DNA of 64,000 nucleotides from the NCBI GenBank assembly GCA_040954595.2, contig CM082581.2, positions 5,572,699-5,636,698 on the forward strand. The letters are read 5' to 3'. Positions 42,201 to 57,796 of the stretch are shown one piece after another; the first letter of the stretch is position 1; every line of letters begins with the position of its first letter. The notes beneath the pieces are model-generated. The model saw nothing but the letters and a program-made list of their open reading frames with translations, did not search any database and was not told the DNA's origin. This DNA comes from Balanoglossus misakiensis. Lineage: Eukaryota; Animalia; Hemichordata. The position numbers were made by a program, and so were the translations under genes.

Positions 42201-45200
42201 AAAGAGTTTTTGACAGATAACAAAACAGCAAGTGTCGTCGCCCGCTAAGCTTACACAGTGTAATGTGTAAAAAAGATCATTAATAATACTGGCAGCTATT
42301 AAAATTGTCTTGTTTCATCTCATTGATTTTATGCGCATCAGGTTTAACGTCGCGAAGCTGTTTGATCCCAGTACCACTCATATGATGATGTTTGAGCCAT
42401 CGATAACCCATTACGGCAGTTCAGTATACATGCAATTGCACATTCAAGGGGAAGAATCTCTATTTGAATTTTGGTACCAACGTATGCACAGAACGGGTAC
42501 CAGGCCGCAGAAATGTCGCGCCACATTTTGCATTGATTATCTGTCAATCAAACTCCCTGTCAATCAACTGAAAAACCCAATCGCAAGCCGGATGACGTGA
42601 CAGACACAACTTCCGGGCAATGCTATGACGACATTCAGGTGTATTTATGCAATAGCCGTTTAGTTTTTTTTTAAATCCGGTTGAATGATTCAACGTGAAC
42701 TCGGTTTCCGATGTCTTTCATGTAGTCCATTTCTTCCCACAGAAAGGAGGTTATTGATGAGATTTAATGGTCACGATTATGCTATCAGGATACACATACC
42801 TTCACGGGCACAGCGATTGACAGGTACTGCCGCAGAATACACTTCATCACACGAGAAATAACCGCACTGGTTACACATTGGTTATTAAGTTCGGTAATAG
42901 TCTGTAAATGTCCTTCAGTAAACTTGGAGGAACCTTTTCTTTTTTGGTAATTTGAAATCGCATCTGGTAAAAAGTTCTTCAGTAACTCTATTAACCCAAA
43001 CGGGTACGTTTCAGTGATGCCTAACCAGCATAACATATGCCTCATGTTAAAGTATTGCATTACAAAGAGCTTAGCACATGCAATATCAAATGTCATAAAT
43101 GGTTTCGTATATAAACAGATAAATAAAGCTATGTTGAAAGAATGTGTCAGGCAGACGTGTTTCCAATTCTAGTAGAACATTCTACGAGAATCCAACTCGG
43201 ATGTGGCAGGTACAGTTTCTGTCGTTACTTCCTACCCAACATATTATTAACATTCCATTTATGCAGATTCTTTGACATTTAGGGCGTCAACACAAGTTTT
43301 CAACTTAACAAGAAACTTTATTTTTAATCATGAAGACTTGTTTGAATATAAATTTTCTCCTACCTAAACCTGAGCTCTATTTAATTCATCGTTTGTGCTA
43401 TCGACTATCTGTCATCAGTTTACATTCTTGTGAGTACACGTTCGATGGATTAATGGTTTTCAAGTGGAGCAAGGGGGGAAAAAGACCAGAAGATGACCGG
43501 GTATGCTACAAGTATCTAGAATTACAACAAAGACTGCCATCTGGTATATAAGCCCGTTTTCCCGAAAGCGACCTTTGCGGTTGACCCTTCGGATTAAAAG
43601 ACGCCGAGATGATTAACCGGAGACATCGATATCGGAGTTCTGTCTGCAACAGATGTTCAGAGGCAAAATATGCAGGCAGGGAGTATGACCTTTCGGATTA
43701 TCTGGTACTTATCGCTCCGATGCAATGAAGGACTGCCCTTACCGCAAGATTTAATAAACATTTAAACGTGGGCGTCTACTGTATTTCCATCGAGATTAAT
43801 AAACCGTGTGCGCTTTTCATAGTGCAGAAATGGCTGGTAGTTTCGGGAGACAGAGTTAATAAGGAACGCACAAGTTATTAAAATAGTGGTACAGGTATTG
43901 GTACATGCATTTGCAGCGCAGCAGTGCGCATGCGCGGGTTTGCAAGTTGAATATTTCTTTTTTTTCTTTGGGGGGGGGGGGGGGTCGCCAGGAAAAGAAA
44001 CACTTACAAATGTGTTATTCCGCGCTATTTGCAGATAAAGAGAGATGAAAGGGGTAGGATTAAGCTGTAGACACGCCATGTTTTCAAACAATTATACGCA
44101 TGCATCATACACATCCTCGTATGAGTATTTAAGAAAGCATTACCTTTTTTCCTTGTGAAGTTAATCTTCATGCAAAATAACTGAAAATGCAAAAAGAAAA
44201 AAGAAAGTTTAGTAACCACGGCAGTAGATACATTGCGGAACGGAGTGTCTGTCCTCGGGTCGATAACAGAATACGTTTACAGACTGGTCGTTCACAAATC
44301 TCACTATTTTCGTTTTCAAAATAAAATATTCAGGATGGAAAATTATAAACTTCATTCAGAATAAACAAAAAAGGTTATGAAGCTCGTTAAATCAAGCTTT
44401 GGATCAAGTTACTAAAAAAAGCAAGACTGGGAAATTTTCATAATCGTCTCAAGTCGGAAGGACAAACGATTTTCGACAAACAGTCCCATTATGTCTATTT
44501 CGATTCAGAATTAATGACATGGCTATATTTGATTGATATTGGCTTGATAAACACAACTGCTAGAGAAGAAAGAAGAATTACTATAGCTAAGCTAGTTAAG
44601 TAGTCTAAATATACAACCCAGACTCGATGAGAATCTTCTTTCGATGACGTCAAGGATAACTATGGTTACGTCATTAAGCAAGAATGCTACCGAATTCATA
44701 GCGATCGGTGTCACCGGAAGTGGGTTTAATACCTGAAGTCTAGCACTACCCTCTCACAATTTTACTCAGTGTCCCAACATGCACTTGTCACGATGATAGT
44801 CTCATCAAAACTAAACCAAGTGTCAATCACACGCTCACGGGGATAGAGATATCCACAAAGACCAAGTTACATCCTATGAAAACACAGAGGGGGTATAGAA
44901 TCATTGCAGAAGTTGGCCAGATTAGGTTACATACATAAGACGAGGGTATTGAGAAGAACTATTTTAATTTGGACGCCGTGGGCCTGTCTGTCCAAGAATT
45001 CGAATTGAAAAACCCGACAGGATACTTTCTATATTCCGAATAATATGATAATATATGATCCGTGTCATATTTCTAAGCGACACATAATCCTTTGGGTTGT
45101 TAGTATTCATACGATAACTGTGAATAGCATTTCTCACAATTAAGATGGTTGGATTCCTACAGTGGCAGTTAGAATTCGTTATAACATCATGAAAATACGA

Positions 45201-48200
45201 AAGACTCAATATTTAGAAGAAGCAAAACCACCAGGCCTTCCAAAGATACAGTGTGTAGATATTCCATTTGTAACATCTGTATGTCTGTATATGTCTATCC
45301 AGGACAAGGGACACACCCAATCTGACGTCACGCCCTTAACGTTCAACTGTCACTTTTCTGTTGGGCAATAATTAAATAAACGAGCTTTCCTGACATTAAT
45401 GGCTGGTTTATAATTTATCGCTATGGTTTAAATGAACATTTATTTTCTTAAGAAGAACTTAACATTACCAGGGTTGGTGTCATAAACTAGGCATCTGAAG
45501 TTAAAAGATGTCACTACTGTAGCCAGTATCGTTCGGCCAGTAAGGACAAAAGTCCATAGACGTCCAAGGACACTTCACAGGACATGGACGACTCTTGGTC
45601 CAACTTGACTGTTTTCCTGTCCATACATGTAGCAAGGCATTAACACGTGCGTGTTAATACCACTGAGAGTTGCTAGTGTGTGCCATAGTCACCTTCACGC
45701 GTACAGACTCCAATAAAGGGCTGAGATGGCACAAGCTCTTTATTGGGAAAGTAACACTCGGTGCATGTACATATCAGAATAGAATCTTGTCAGAGCGACC
45801 TCCACGGCCTGAGCAGTAACCTTCCCAATAACAGCATCCATCAGCGACCGTAAGCCTATGCCAGCAACAAATGACCTACAGATTAGCAAATCCATCATAC
45901 TTATAAAAACTGCATACTGTAAATTCCAGTGACTTTACCGCAGACTAAGACAATACATCATTATCCTATTCATCCTTGAGGGCAAAAGTACGAAGTAGGG
46001 TTAAACACGGGGGGATAAATGTTTATCGAAATGTGCTACAGTCATGTATACAGTGTGCTCGCTAGGAAAGCAATATGCTGATTCGGAAACAGTTTGTTTT
46101 TGTATGTCATGCTGGAATTTCAAAGGAGTTTGAAGTCATCAGGTAGCCTATAGCATCTTTTTGAGTGTCAAAAGGCATCAGCTATTGGTTTAAAATAGAT
46201 ACATTTGAATTGTCAAAAACATTTTATACGCTCAGTTGATTTCAAAATTAGGCATGACAAAGATGCGATTGTACTATTAAGAAATGAATTTAATGTTTCT
46301 TGACTGTGCTTTTATGATTAATAACGATAGGAAGAGTGGGGTTTTCAGCAAATCTCAATGTAATCCTACTGGGAACACAAAGTCTGCGTTCCTATCGTTC
46401 ATTTGCATCCTTTTAAAATTAAATAACTAAAAGAAATTCTCCCAAATGCAAAGTTGTATTCTCTGCGGCACAACATTGTAAGAGTTGTTAACCGATGCTT
46501 TGACGAGACCATTATTACTTCGTCAAAATATATTTCCATATGTAATAATTTCTTATTAACGTTAAGTGGAACGGGCGTAATATTTCCAGCCAATTTTAAT
46601 TTAGTTTCGAAATTGCAGGAAATGATGCACGAATACTGCAGCTAATGCTCTCTTTTAAATCCATATGCGATGACTTCATTTGACATCATTATTCTTTAAA
46701 TTTTCACCGCATCGCGTTATATACCTGATTGAATGGTCTATAATTTTTCCATACGGCTCTGGGAAAATTCATTTTGACTAGGAAGCCATGAACTAATTGG
46801 TTTCTCATAACTCAGATGAAATAGCGCCGCGCGATCACCAATGTCGCTCGTCAAGAGGGTTTTAGTGACACATTTTTCACTCGGAATTTCAAAGGCCATT
46901 CTTTTGTGCGGAAAAGCAAAAAGAGCGACTGGTCTTTAAAAATCACACCATGCAGCCGTTACATGTTTCGAAAAGCGAAATAACACCTTTCTCGTACCAC
47001 ACGGTGCGAGAATGGACTCATATCGATTAAACGATGCACAATCTTTAATTTTTCGGTGGTTGATTCAGAAATTTTGGTAAATGGGCAGTAAGACACAGAC
47101 CCATTGTGTGAAGCCTACTTGTATAGCGATTATCGCGTTCAGACTCCGAAGTAGCATCGACATATTTAACCCACATCAAACAGTCAAAATTTCCTGCAGA
47201 CGATAGCCCTGTCACATCTGTTTTACCGGTTGCTCTCCAGCCAAACCATCCCCAACGATGCAATCAATCGAGTGTCCGTTGTCGGATGTGTTTCCAAATC
47301 GCTACATATACCATTATAAGACTTTGGGCGAAGCATTGGAGAAACAAATAGCCCAGAGTCTAGGCTTTATGGAAAAAAACAACTAATGTCCAATACATGT
47401 GCGCCCTCACGCTGCTGATATGTCTCCATATACCCCTTGTTTATTAAACGGATGTTCACCAAATTATGACACTTGGGGGAGTATTTTCTCAATCTGCAAT
47501 CGAGATGCCATTTTCCCGAAATGATTTAGTGTGGTTGTCGTGCGTATGACTCAATTAAGTTTCCATTGCATATTGAATTTAACCTCTAGCTGCTACCATG
47601 AAATATTTAAATACAGCCAATCACAGATTTTCTGTGCACGTGTGTGGCACACCCGAAAAAAGTGCGCCATGGTCATCCGAAATTTTTGACATGCACTTTT
47701 GATCATATATAGGCTTATTTTATTTGAGGTGACCGTACCTTAAAGTTAGCTAGGGTTAATTCAGGGCGCATTATTAAAATAAGTTGATATTGATCGTGTG
47801 GCGTAAAAAATCGCGGTTGCACCCACACATCGACTGCAAAAAACGCATCGCCTTGATTCCGTTAATAATAACGCATGCGTAAAGCCAACAAGATGTATAC
47901 CAGTAAGTTAGTAGAGCAGGTCAAAGTTTATTCATACATTTTAATTAATTAAAAAGTAACAGTATTTGTAATATTTACATAAAAGAACAATGAAAGTCTA
48001 GGCGTTGCATCGTGCTTGTTCCGACGATAGTGATCGGTACGTTAGACTGTTCATCTGCATGTTCACTGGATCTGAAGTTTACGTCTCGTCAGGATGGTTT
48101 TCTCTGAGAACATACTCTCTATATTCTTTTGCCAATGATTTCCCCTTACTCTATAACTTTCTCTGGTTAAACTTCTGAAGCCCCTGTGAGCTCGGCAATC

Positions 48201-49000
48201 AAAATGGAGGGTAAGTCTCAAACTTTACGTACGTGAGACAGTGGATTTTGGATGGACAGAACGCCACTGCTCGCCAGTTTTAGTACATCATCGAAGTTTT
48301 GTGATTTATTTTGTCCCGTCCATCCGATTTCAGCTGCTTGATCAGTGCCTTGACAATACTGTTGGCCGCATGAAACACTCTACCACGGATTATGTTGATG
48401 TTTCTGTGATACAAAGGGGAATTTAGGTGCCGGTAATTATGAATGTTATAAGTTATAACACCGTTCATTTTCCCTAGACCTGAATTCTATCTGCAGTCAA
48501 TCGTTTCATGTATTAAATTCCATTTAGGCGGAATGCGAGGGAGAGCGGGAAGGTCCTGTAGTGGCATCAGATTTGCCGCAAGAAGACGTTATCGCTATCA
48601 AAAGGTGGAGTGATTAATCTTTTTGGAAATAAGCGTATATGGGGTATAGAAAACCCCAAATATGATGAATGTTTTTCTCAACAGCAGCAACAAAAACCAA
48701 CAACGACAATGACAACAATGGTGACAGTACACAAGTACATTATACATAGTTTATTGACAGGCAGAAAACTTGTCCTAACACAATGTACTTTTCCAATATA
48801 TCTCAGCCCTCTAGAAGTGATGGCAGAGGGAGAAGAACCTGAAACTCAAGAAAGGGTCGCCTCCAGTGACCAAGAAAAGGGTACGTTATCACAAGTTCCA
48901 ACACAATGCCACAGATCAGGGGGACAGAAACAATGCCCTTTCTGTTTGAATGTAAACATTTGGCCGTCAAACCGTTCTCAAGTATATTTAATCAACGTGA

Positions 49001-49668
49001 CTTGTGATGGAACATGCTGCATTTAACCACGGTGTGACCGTGAGTGAACAATTACATTACGTGGAAGCCAAAACGTCTACTGCAGGTAGCAGGGCTTCTT
49101 CAGAAATGTGTAAGGAGCGCCAGAATGTGGCAAAGGATATGAAAAATCTGCACGATGAAAATGATGAAAAGGTAAATGCGATACTTGAATGAATCGTCCT
49201 AGTTATAAACAAATTCATTTTCCCTAAAGCTGGATTGGATTCCATGAATATGACCCCATTTATACAGGTTACATAGATGGAAGCACTCTGGACAGCTCTG
49301 GTGTGAATCAATACATTTACTTCAGCCATTACAAGTAAAAACATCTTTCTTTTTTTATCCTATTAATTGCAGATCAGCGTAATTCCTGGTTTGCAAGTTA
49401 AAATATCCGACTTTAGCGTCAGTTCAAGAGCCTCCTCCCCCAAATATCCCGGGGGAGGTACTGTATTGTACATGGCCCCCGAAGTCATGGCCTCCAAACC
49501 GCCCACCAGCTTCGCCAAGGACATCTGGGCACTTGGCTGTAGCATAGCAGAGATGGTCACCCTTGAGCCACCCTTCATATATTCAAATCTTGATCTGGTG
49601 GTGACCATCACCAGGCGCCGCGTGGCTCAAGGGGAGGCCATCGTACCACAGGACATCCAGGTACTACA
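49001..49668 (+). pseudogene. Protein kinase pseudogene or pseudokinase, copy 1 (subdomains V-X)
   Basis: Exon-like 49001-49171 reads LVMEH...EQLH...QNVAKDMKNLHDEN (hinge and helix-E-like) and ends at donor AAG|GTAAAT. Acceptor TTAATTGCAG (ends 49372) then gives in-frame VKISDFS...GGTVLYMAPEV...KDIWALGCSIAEMVTLEPPF. There is no HRD loop, DFG is DFS, and similarity stops at about 49668 before subdomain XI. Confidence 0.75.
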
Positions 49669-50828
49669 AAGCATGATCTCATCAACTAGGAAACATGGAA
49701 GTAAACCCCACTTAGACCATTACATTTCCATTTTTCATTACAAAATTTCACTTTGCGTCATATGCGGCCAAGATACAGGCACCGTAGCCTTGTCTTTTCT
49801 CGCCAGAAAACGTTGAGGCTTACCCAACTTATAGTAAAATTGGAACCAATGTCCTGCGTTGTTTTGAGAAAAACGGGAACATACATGTAGCTGTGGTGTG
49901 CCTCTCGCAAATCACGTTGAAGTTGGGTGTCACTCAGACTGTCTGAGGCCATCATGCTGAATGCTTCCCAGCTGATCGATGTTTGGCGCGCCGGTTTCAT
50001 TCGCGCCAAAATGTTGCAAGTTTGTAGCGTTTGCAACACTGCTTGTGCTACGTCCGTTGTCAGTCTGATTTTCGATCGCGTCGTCCGTGGACAACTTTGT
50101 CTGTCTTGAATGAATATCGGCCATGATGCTGTTTACCTCTTCTCTCAGATCGATGCTAGGTACTCTGATAGAATTTCAAGTCTGTCAGGTGGGATTGATG
50201 AAGCTTTTCTTCCTCTCGCCTTGTCTTGTGATGTAGGCTTCTTGGCTGCTGCTACGCGACTCAGCATGTTGAGGAAAATTATGTCGACGCAGTTGTCTTT
50301 AGGTGACTGACAATTGTGATCAACAGCCGGAGAAACGATCAGTGAACCGTGTTGTCGTGATAATGTCCGAATATGCGGGGGATAGACGCAAAAGGGCGAC
50401 AAACTTTGTAAAAACTCGGACGAGTTGCGAACACAGGCTAACCGGCTTGGAAGTTTGATGTCAAAGGTCACAATTCCGAAACTTACCGCCCTTGAGGGCG
50501 CTCTCTCAAAGGGCCACAATTAATGTCTGCATCAAAATTGCTTACACATGTTATGACTTCCCACTAGAACTAAGATATAGTTAAGTTATTGTTAAAACCC
50601 TTTCACTACCATTTCCACCGGTGTACTTTTTGAAAACTTTCCAAAAGCTTTATGTTTCACGTTTCGTTTACCACCCCACTTTCTAAAGCCGCATTGCGTT
50701 CCACGAATTTGACCCAATTTATGGAAATAGATGGATGAGCTAAGAACAGTTCTGCATATGCATCGATACCTTAACTTCCGCCATTACAAGTAAGAAATCT
50801 GACTTTCCATTTATCACATTAATTGCAG

Positions 50829-51187
50829 ATTAGCAATCCGACTTCAGCGTCAGTACAAGGACCTCTGGAGGAACGGTTACATGGCACCAGAAGTACTGGC
50901 CTCCAAACCAGCCACCGGCACCGCCAAGGACATCCGGGCACTTGGCTGTAGCATAACAGAGATGGCCACCCTTGAGCCACCATTCATATACTCCAATCTC
51001 GATCTGGTGGTGACCATCACCTGGCGCCGCGTGGCTCAAGGGGATGACCATCGTGCCCCAGAACATCCGGGTGCTACAGGCGGGTCCATTCCGGGATCTG
51101 TGCGCCGCCTGTTGTCAGATGGACCCTTCTGGCAGACCAAGTGCCCAGGGGGTAGTCTGCCGCCTCGCAAATATCAACATCAAGTGA
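50829..51187 (+). pseudogene. Protein kinase pseudogene, copy 2 (subdomains VII-XI, frameshifted)
   Basis: Paralog of 49373-49668 with the same TTAATTGCAG acceptor and similar upstream intron. Deletions around SDFS/GGT, YMAPEV...KDIRALGCSITEMATLEPPF, a 1-nt insertion near 51045, then FRDLCAACCQMDPSGRPSAQGVVCRL (subdomain XI) in another frame, ending at TGA 51185-51187. Confidence 0.85.
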
Positions 51188-52522
51188 AAGACTACCGAGT
51201 AATCCGATGACATAAATCCATGGGGTCGAGCAGAATCTGTTTGTCGTTTTTGATATCTTTTAACCATGTTGCCGTCACTCACAACTTTGATTTCTTCTGC
51301 TTTGTAAAGACATGTCATTTGTTACTCATCACTCAATTAAAATTACAAAATGTAAATAATGTGTAAGCTTTTGATTTGTCTTCATGCAAGTTGATTTTTC
51401 TTCATACCAACACACGGTCGCGATATAATAGAGGTGTTGAAGAACGCTTTCAATCGTTTAATTTCGCATCAAGTGGCCTGAGTACACGCCATCGTTTTAC
51501 TGTACATTTACTGACACTGCATGACGCGACCTCCCATTAAATTATCATCCGATAACAGTGGCGACATGTGCAGTGTACACCCGGATGACATGAACAAGCC
51601 TCCCACGATAGGTGTATCAGCTTTGACGATTTATGACCTGTGCAATCATGCATGTGTACTAAGTATTTGTTGAAAATGCAGAGAGAACCAATCCACGAAA
51701 CAGTCGGAAGGGAATATTATTTGTAGTGATGGTATCATTTTATTAAAATGTCCGGCAACTGGCTGCATCATGACAACAACGCAGCACATTCACATTGACT
51801 CGAAAATCTCCAAACTTTGAAATGAATAATTGAAGTCGAATTTCAAATGTCGTTAAAATAATATTGTTTCACAGTAGATACACCTCACGTAAACAGCTCA
51901 TGTCAATTCAGCTCTGTAACAGTGACCGTAAAGCGCAACTCAGGCTATTAAGGCTACAGAGGCATAGCTGACTCTAAGGTAAGAAACTCGGCTAACGTCT
52001 AACGGTACATGTAACATGTCACGCCCATGGTACAAATCAATAGATAATTTGGGGTCCAGGCGTAATGGTCAGCTGACGAGTTGTGACCTTAAAATACTAG
52101 GTCAGTTTGTAGGTGTCATTTGCAAACGTCACCATGTTGAAAATGCGCATGTCTGGTTGAAGTGATAAGCTGCCTGCATGATGTCCGCTTAGTTCATAAT
52201 CACGGAGTTTAATTAGAACACCTGGGTAAGTAAATGCCGTGTATTACATTCGGTGACAGTTACCTTTATACGTAACTGGTTTAGTGGAATTAGCCTTGGG
52301 TCTTATTAGGTGCCTGTATTTGCTCCCGGCCTTGAAACTTGTTTCATGCCGATTCTACATGTATTACACTGCGGAATTCTTTCTTATCTTACATGTACAT
52401 TTACGGTCTAATTTAAATATTTACAACCACTCAAACGTGCATACAAATCTTTGCACTGCCAGTCCGACCTCTATCACAAGCTCTTTATATATACGCCATT
52501 TTCCATTAAAACCCTCGCCGTT

Positions 52523-52538
52523 CTTTCGCTTTCGTTTT
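52523..52538 (-). promoter_or_regulatory. IRF/ISRE-like element upstream of gene A
   Basis: CTTTCGCTTTCGTTTT, i.e. AAAACGAAAGCGAAAG on the minus strand (GAAANNGAAA). Motif match only. Confidence 0.4.
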
Positions 52539-52591
52539 TAACCATCAACGAGCCATTGTTATTGCATCGGTAAACATCCATTTTCTCTTAA

Positions 52592-52994
52592 GGATGTACG
52601 CGCAGAACATAAACCGGAAACAGTGCGCGCCCGGTCTTTTTCCCATAGGATTACATTGAAAATTGCTAGAAAACAAACTTCTACTATTGTCATTTTCACG
52701 CAAAGCTCAGTCCAGCCAATATAAATTCATTGGTCAAATAAAATATAGGGGTCACCGCGCTCTTTTTTGAGATAAATTGCGTTAAAAAATTTGTCCATAG
52801 ACAAACCATTGGTGAAAAATGCTGAGTCATCAGTTTTCTTCTATTATCGACTAAATTCATGGCTCTGTATTTCAAAAACAAGCGCGGTGACCCCTTTATT
52901 TTATTACGGATTTTCATTATACATACAAAGGAGAATCCAAAAATCCACAATTAAAAAAAATGACAATACTTTCAATTTTACTGATCGTACATCC
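52592..52994. mobile_element. Non-autonomous DNA transposon (MITE), 403 bp, TTAA TSD, Kolobok-like
   Basis: TTAA|GGATGTACG ... CGTACATCC|TTAA (TSDs 52588-52591 and 52995-52998). Internal inverted repeat AAATATAGGGGTCACCGCGCT (52741-52761) with AGCGCGGTGACCCCTTTATTT (52881-52901). Confidence 0.8.
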
Positions 52995-53223
52995 TTAAAT
53001 CGAACATTCTAGTTCCTGGTAGCCATCTTCCTGGTATACCGACATTTTGTAAACTACCCCTCACGAACTGAACGGTTGCTCTGAATAGGCGACGTCAAAA
53101 CAAGAGTATTGTATCAAATATCTGCACTGCAAGCCTTAAGCTTTTCATACAGATTCCAACTTTGACCCTTATTCCAACAACAAGGTCAGATAAGGTGACT
53201 GGTACTTAAAATAATACTTGTCC

Positions 53224-53313
53224 GCGCATGCTCACTTCAGATCGTGGTGACTAGACGAATATTCGACGGTTTCATAGCCTGTCGTTTGCATTGGCAAACT
53301 TCAGCATTTTACG
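53224..53313 (+). other. Putative core promoter and non-coding first exon of gene A (5' limit approximate)
   Basis: NRF1-like GCGCATGCTCA at 53224, donor ACG|GTAAGT at 53314, and acceptor TTTTTCCACGTATACAG ending 53822, 6 nt before the ATG. Confidence 0.5.
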
Positions 53314-53828
53314 GTAAGTATCATGAGACCACATTATCTTAATGTATCATAGTTTTTGGGTGTTTATTGTGGCTTGGTATTGTGGCACACGGAAGTAAAT
53401 TACACGCAAAATCGCTTAATTTACGGATGGACAGGTGCGTGTGTGGGGGAGGGGGGGGTTTCTATCAGGGCGGGGTAGGCTGGCGTGAACTTTTTAAAAA
53501 CACATAATGTCGAGACATCCCTAAGAGATTTAATAAGGAAGCTGTCATGTTAATTTAATGCCTTGAAAATTGCTTGTTGGAAGAAATGACATCCAAGTTT
53601 GACTTAAAAGTATTCGTTGTCACCAAACATAAGCTTATTATTATGTATGTCCAATGGTAAATAATTGACTTCTTCATTGAAAATTTGGCTTTGAAAACAT
53701 TATTCTTGTCTGCGCATAGGTACTGTCCATTGGGGCCAGTTGTGCATATGTCATTTAACTTTCCCAACAATTAGATAGGAATCTATGTATGTTTTACACT
53801 TAGACTTTTTCCACGTATACAGTCCAAC

Positions 53829-56418
<2,590 letters not shown>

Positions 56419-56670
56419 AATCATTTAGCACAACTGCTATAGAACATTTTAAGTGAAAATGTATATATTGATTCAGACTATATAGCAACTTTGATATTCT
56501 TTCGTGTTGTAATGATGACTAGTATGGTCGACAATGCGGGACCTCTGACGAATCATATGTGATTGAATTGGTAAAAAATTAAAGCTTTGGGCAAAACTTT
56601 TCGAAGTTACATACGAAGCCTACAGTTAATACTAATGTCACAGCGTCATTTCCCTTATGTGTTGTGTATA

Positions 56671-56676
56671 AATAAA
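56671..56676 (+). terminator. Candidate polyadenylation signal of gene A
   Basis: AATAAA about 250 nt after the stop, followed by GT-rich TGTGTTGTGTT about 15-25 nt downstream. Confidence 0.5.
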
Positions 56677-57796
56677 AATTCTAGATGCTAATGTGTTGTG
56701 TTACCTATTTATTCGAGAAAGAATAAGCTTATACACATAAAATCGTACCATGGTCACAATCCACTAGAAATTTAAACATTTTTTCCTAAAACTTCTTATT
56801 AATCATTTCAGTGTCGTCAATAATTATGTCAATTTCACATTTGATTAGGAAAATATATGTAAAAAAGCAGGTAATTTTACCATCTTTTGTATATTCAGTA
56901 TATAATAATGTGATACACGGTTGTTTAAAGAAAATAGTAGTAGAATAGTATATTTGAATGTTGTTTTGCATTTGCATTCCCCGTGAACATACTAAGGTAT
57001 AAATGTAGAATCCAGTATTGGCCGAAATACATATTACAATCATGAGCGTTAGTGATGGACACACCAACATACAGCTCTTCAATTTTCATGTGAATGTATG
57101 ATAACGATTTGGACATTAGTAGATTACATGTACTTCCATACTGGTTCCTACTGTACACTGTACTATCAGAGTATTCATTTTAATAACTCCATAGTCTAAA
57201 CAAGCTCACGATTCCATTATAATACTTACAAGATAACTTTTTCAGCGTGACGTATCCCTGCATGTATACTTATGATTTGTATGTTCATTTTTTAAAATTC
57301 CATTGGCCTTGATTTTAAACATTAATATTACCGATTTAAAAAAAAAGCGATGCGAACCTGATATTAATTTTGTTGACTGCTTTGAGAACGACAACTTTAG
57401 TTCAATTATCACAGTATTCAGGCTACTTGAATGTGAATGCAGAATCTGCAAGTCACTGCGAAATGTTCCAATTAAAGGCAATATTTCTCTTGCCAGACTT
57501 GAAGTTGTTTTATTGGTGTGTCAGAATAAATTCGCAATATTTTCCAATCAAATTGGTTGTGTATTGTTATTGCTGTAATGACTGTAATGTTGATCTGTGG
57601 TTTCGTATCGTAGAATGGACACAGATATCCTGGAGCAAAACATTGATGATACTCAGTGAACAAAGGAAAGCCGACCAATACAATAATAAGTAAACATAGT
57701 TGATAATCAATTGTATATGGAAATTTCAAAATATGGGGTTGATCCGTCAACATGGATATACAGTCCTTGTTCTGTACCTTCCTATGAAATATGAAA

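Noticed and set aside
47560-47743. Possible right end of another Kolobok-like MITE (GGTGACCGTACC|TTAA)
   Set aside because: No matching left TIR or TSD found upstream.
48808-48880. Exon-like segment encoding MAEGEEPETQERVASSDQEK between an AG and GTACGT
   Set aside because: It could be a 5' exon of the kinase pseudogene, but it has no kinase motif and its downstream acceptor is ambiguous.
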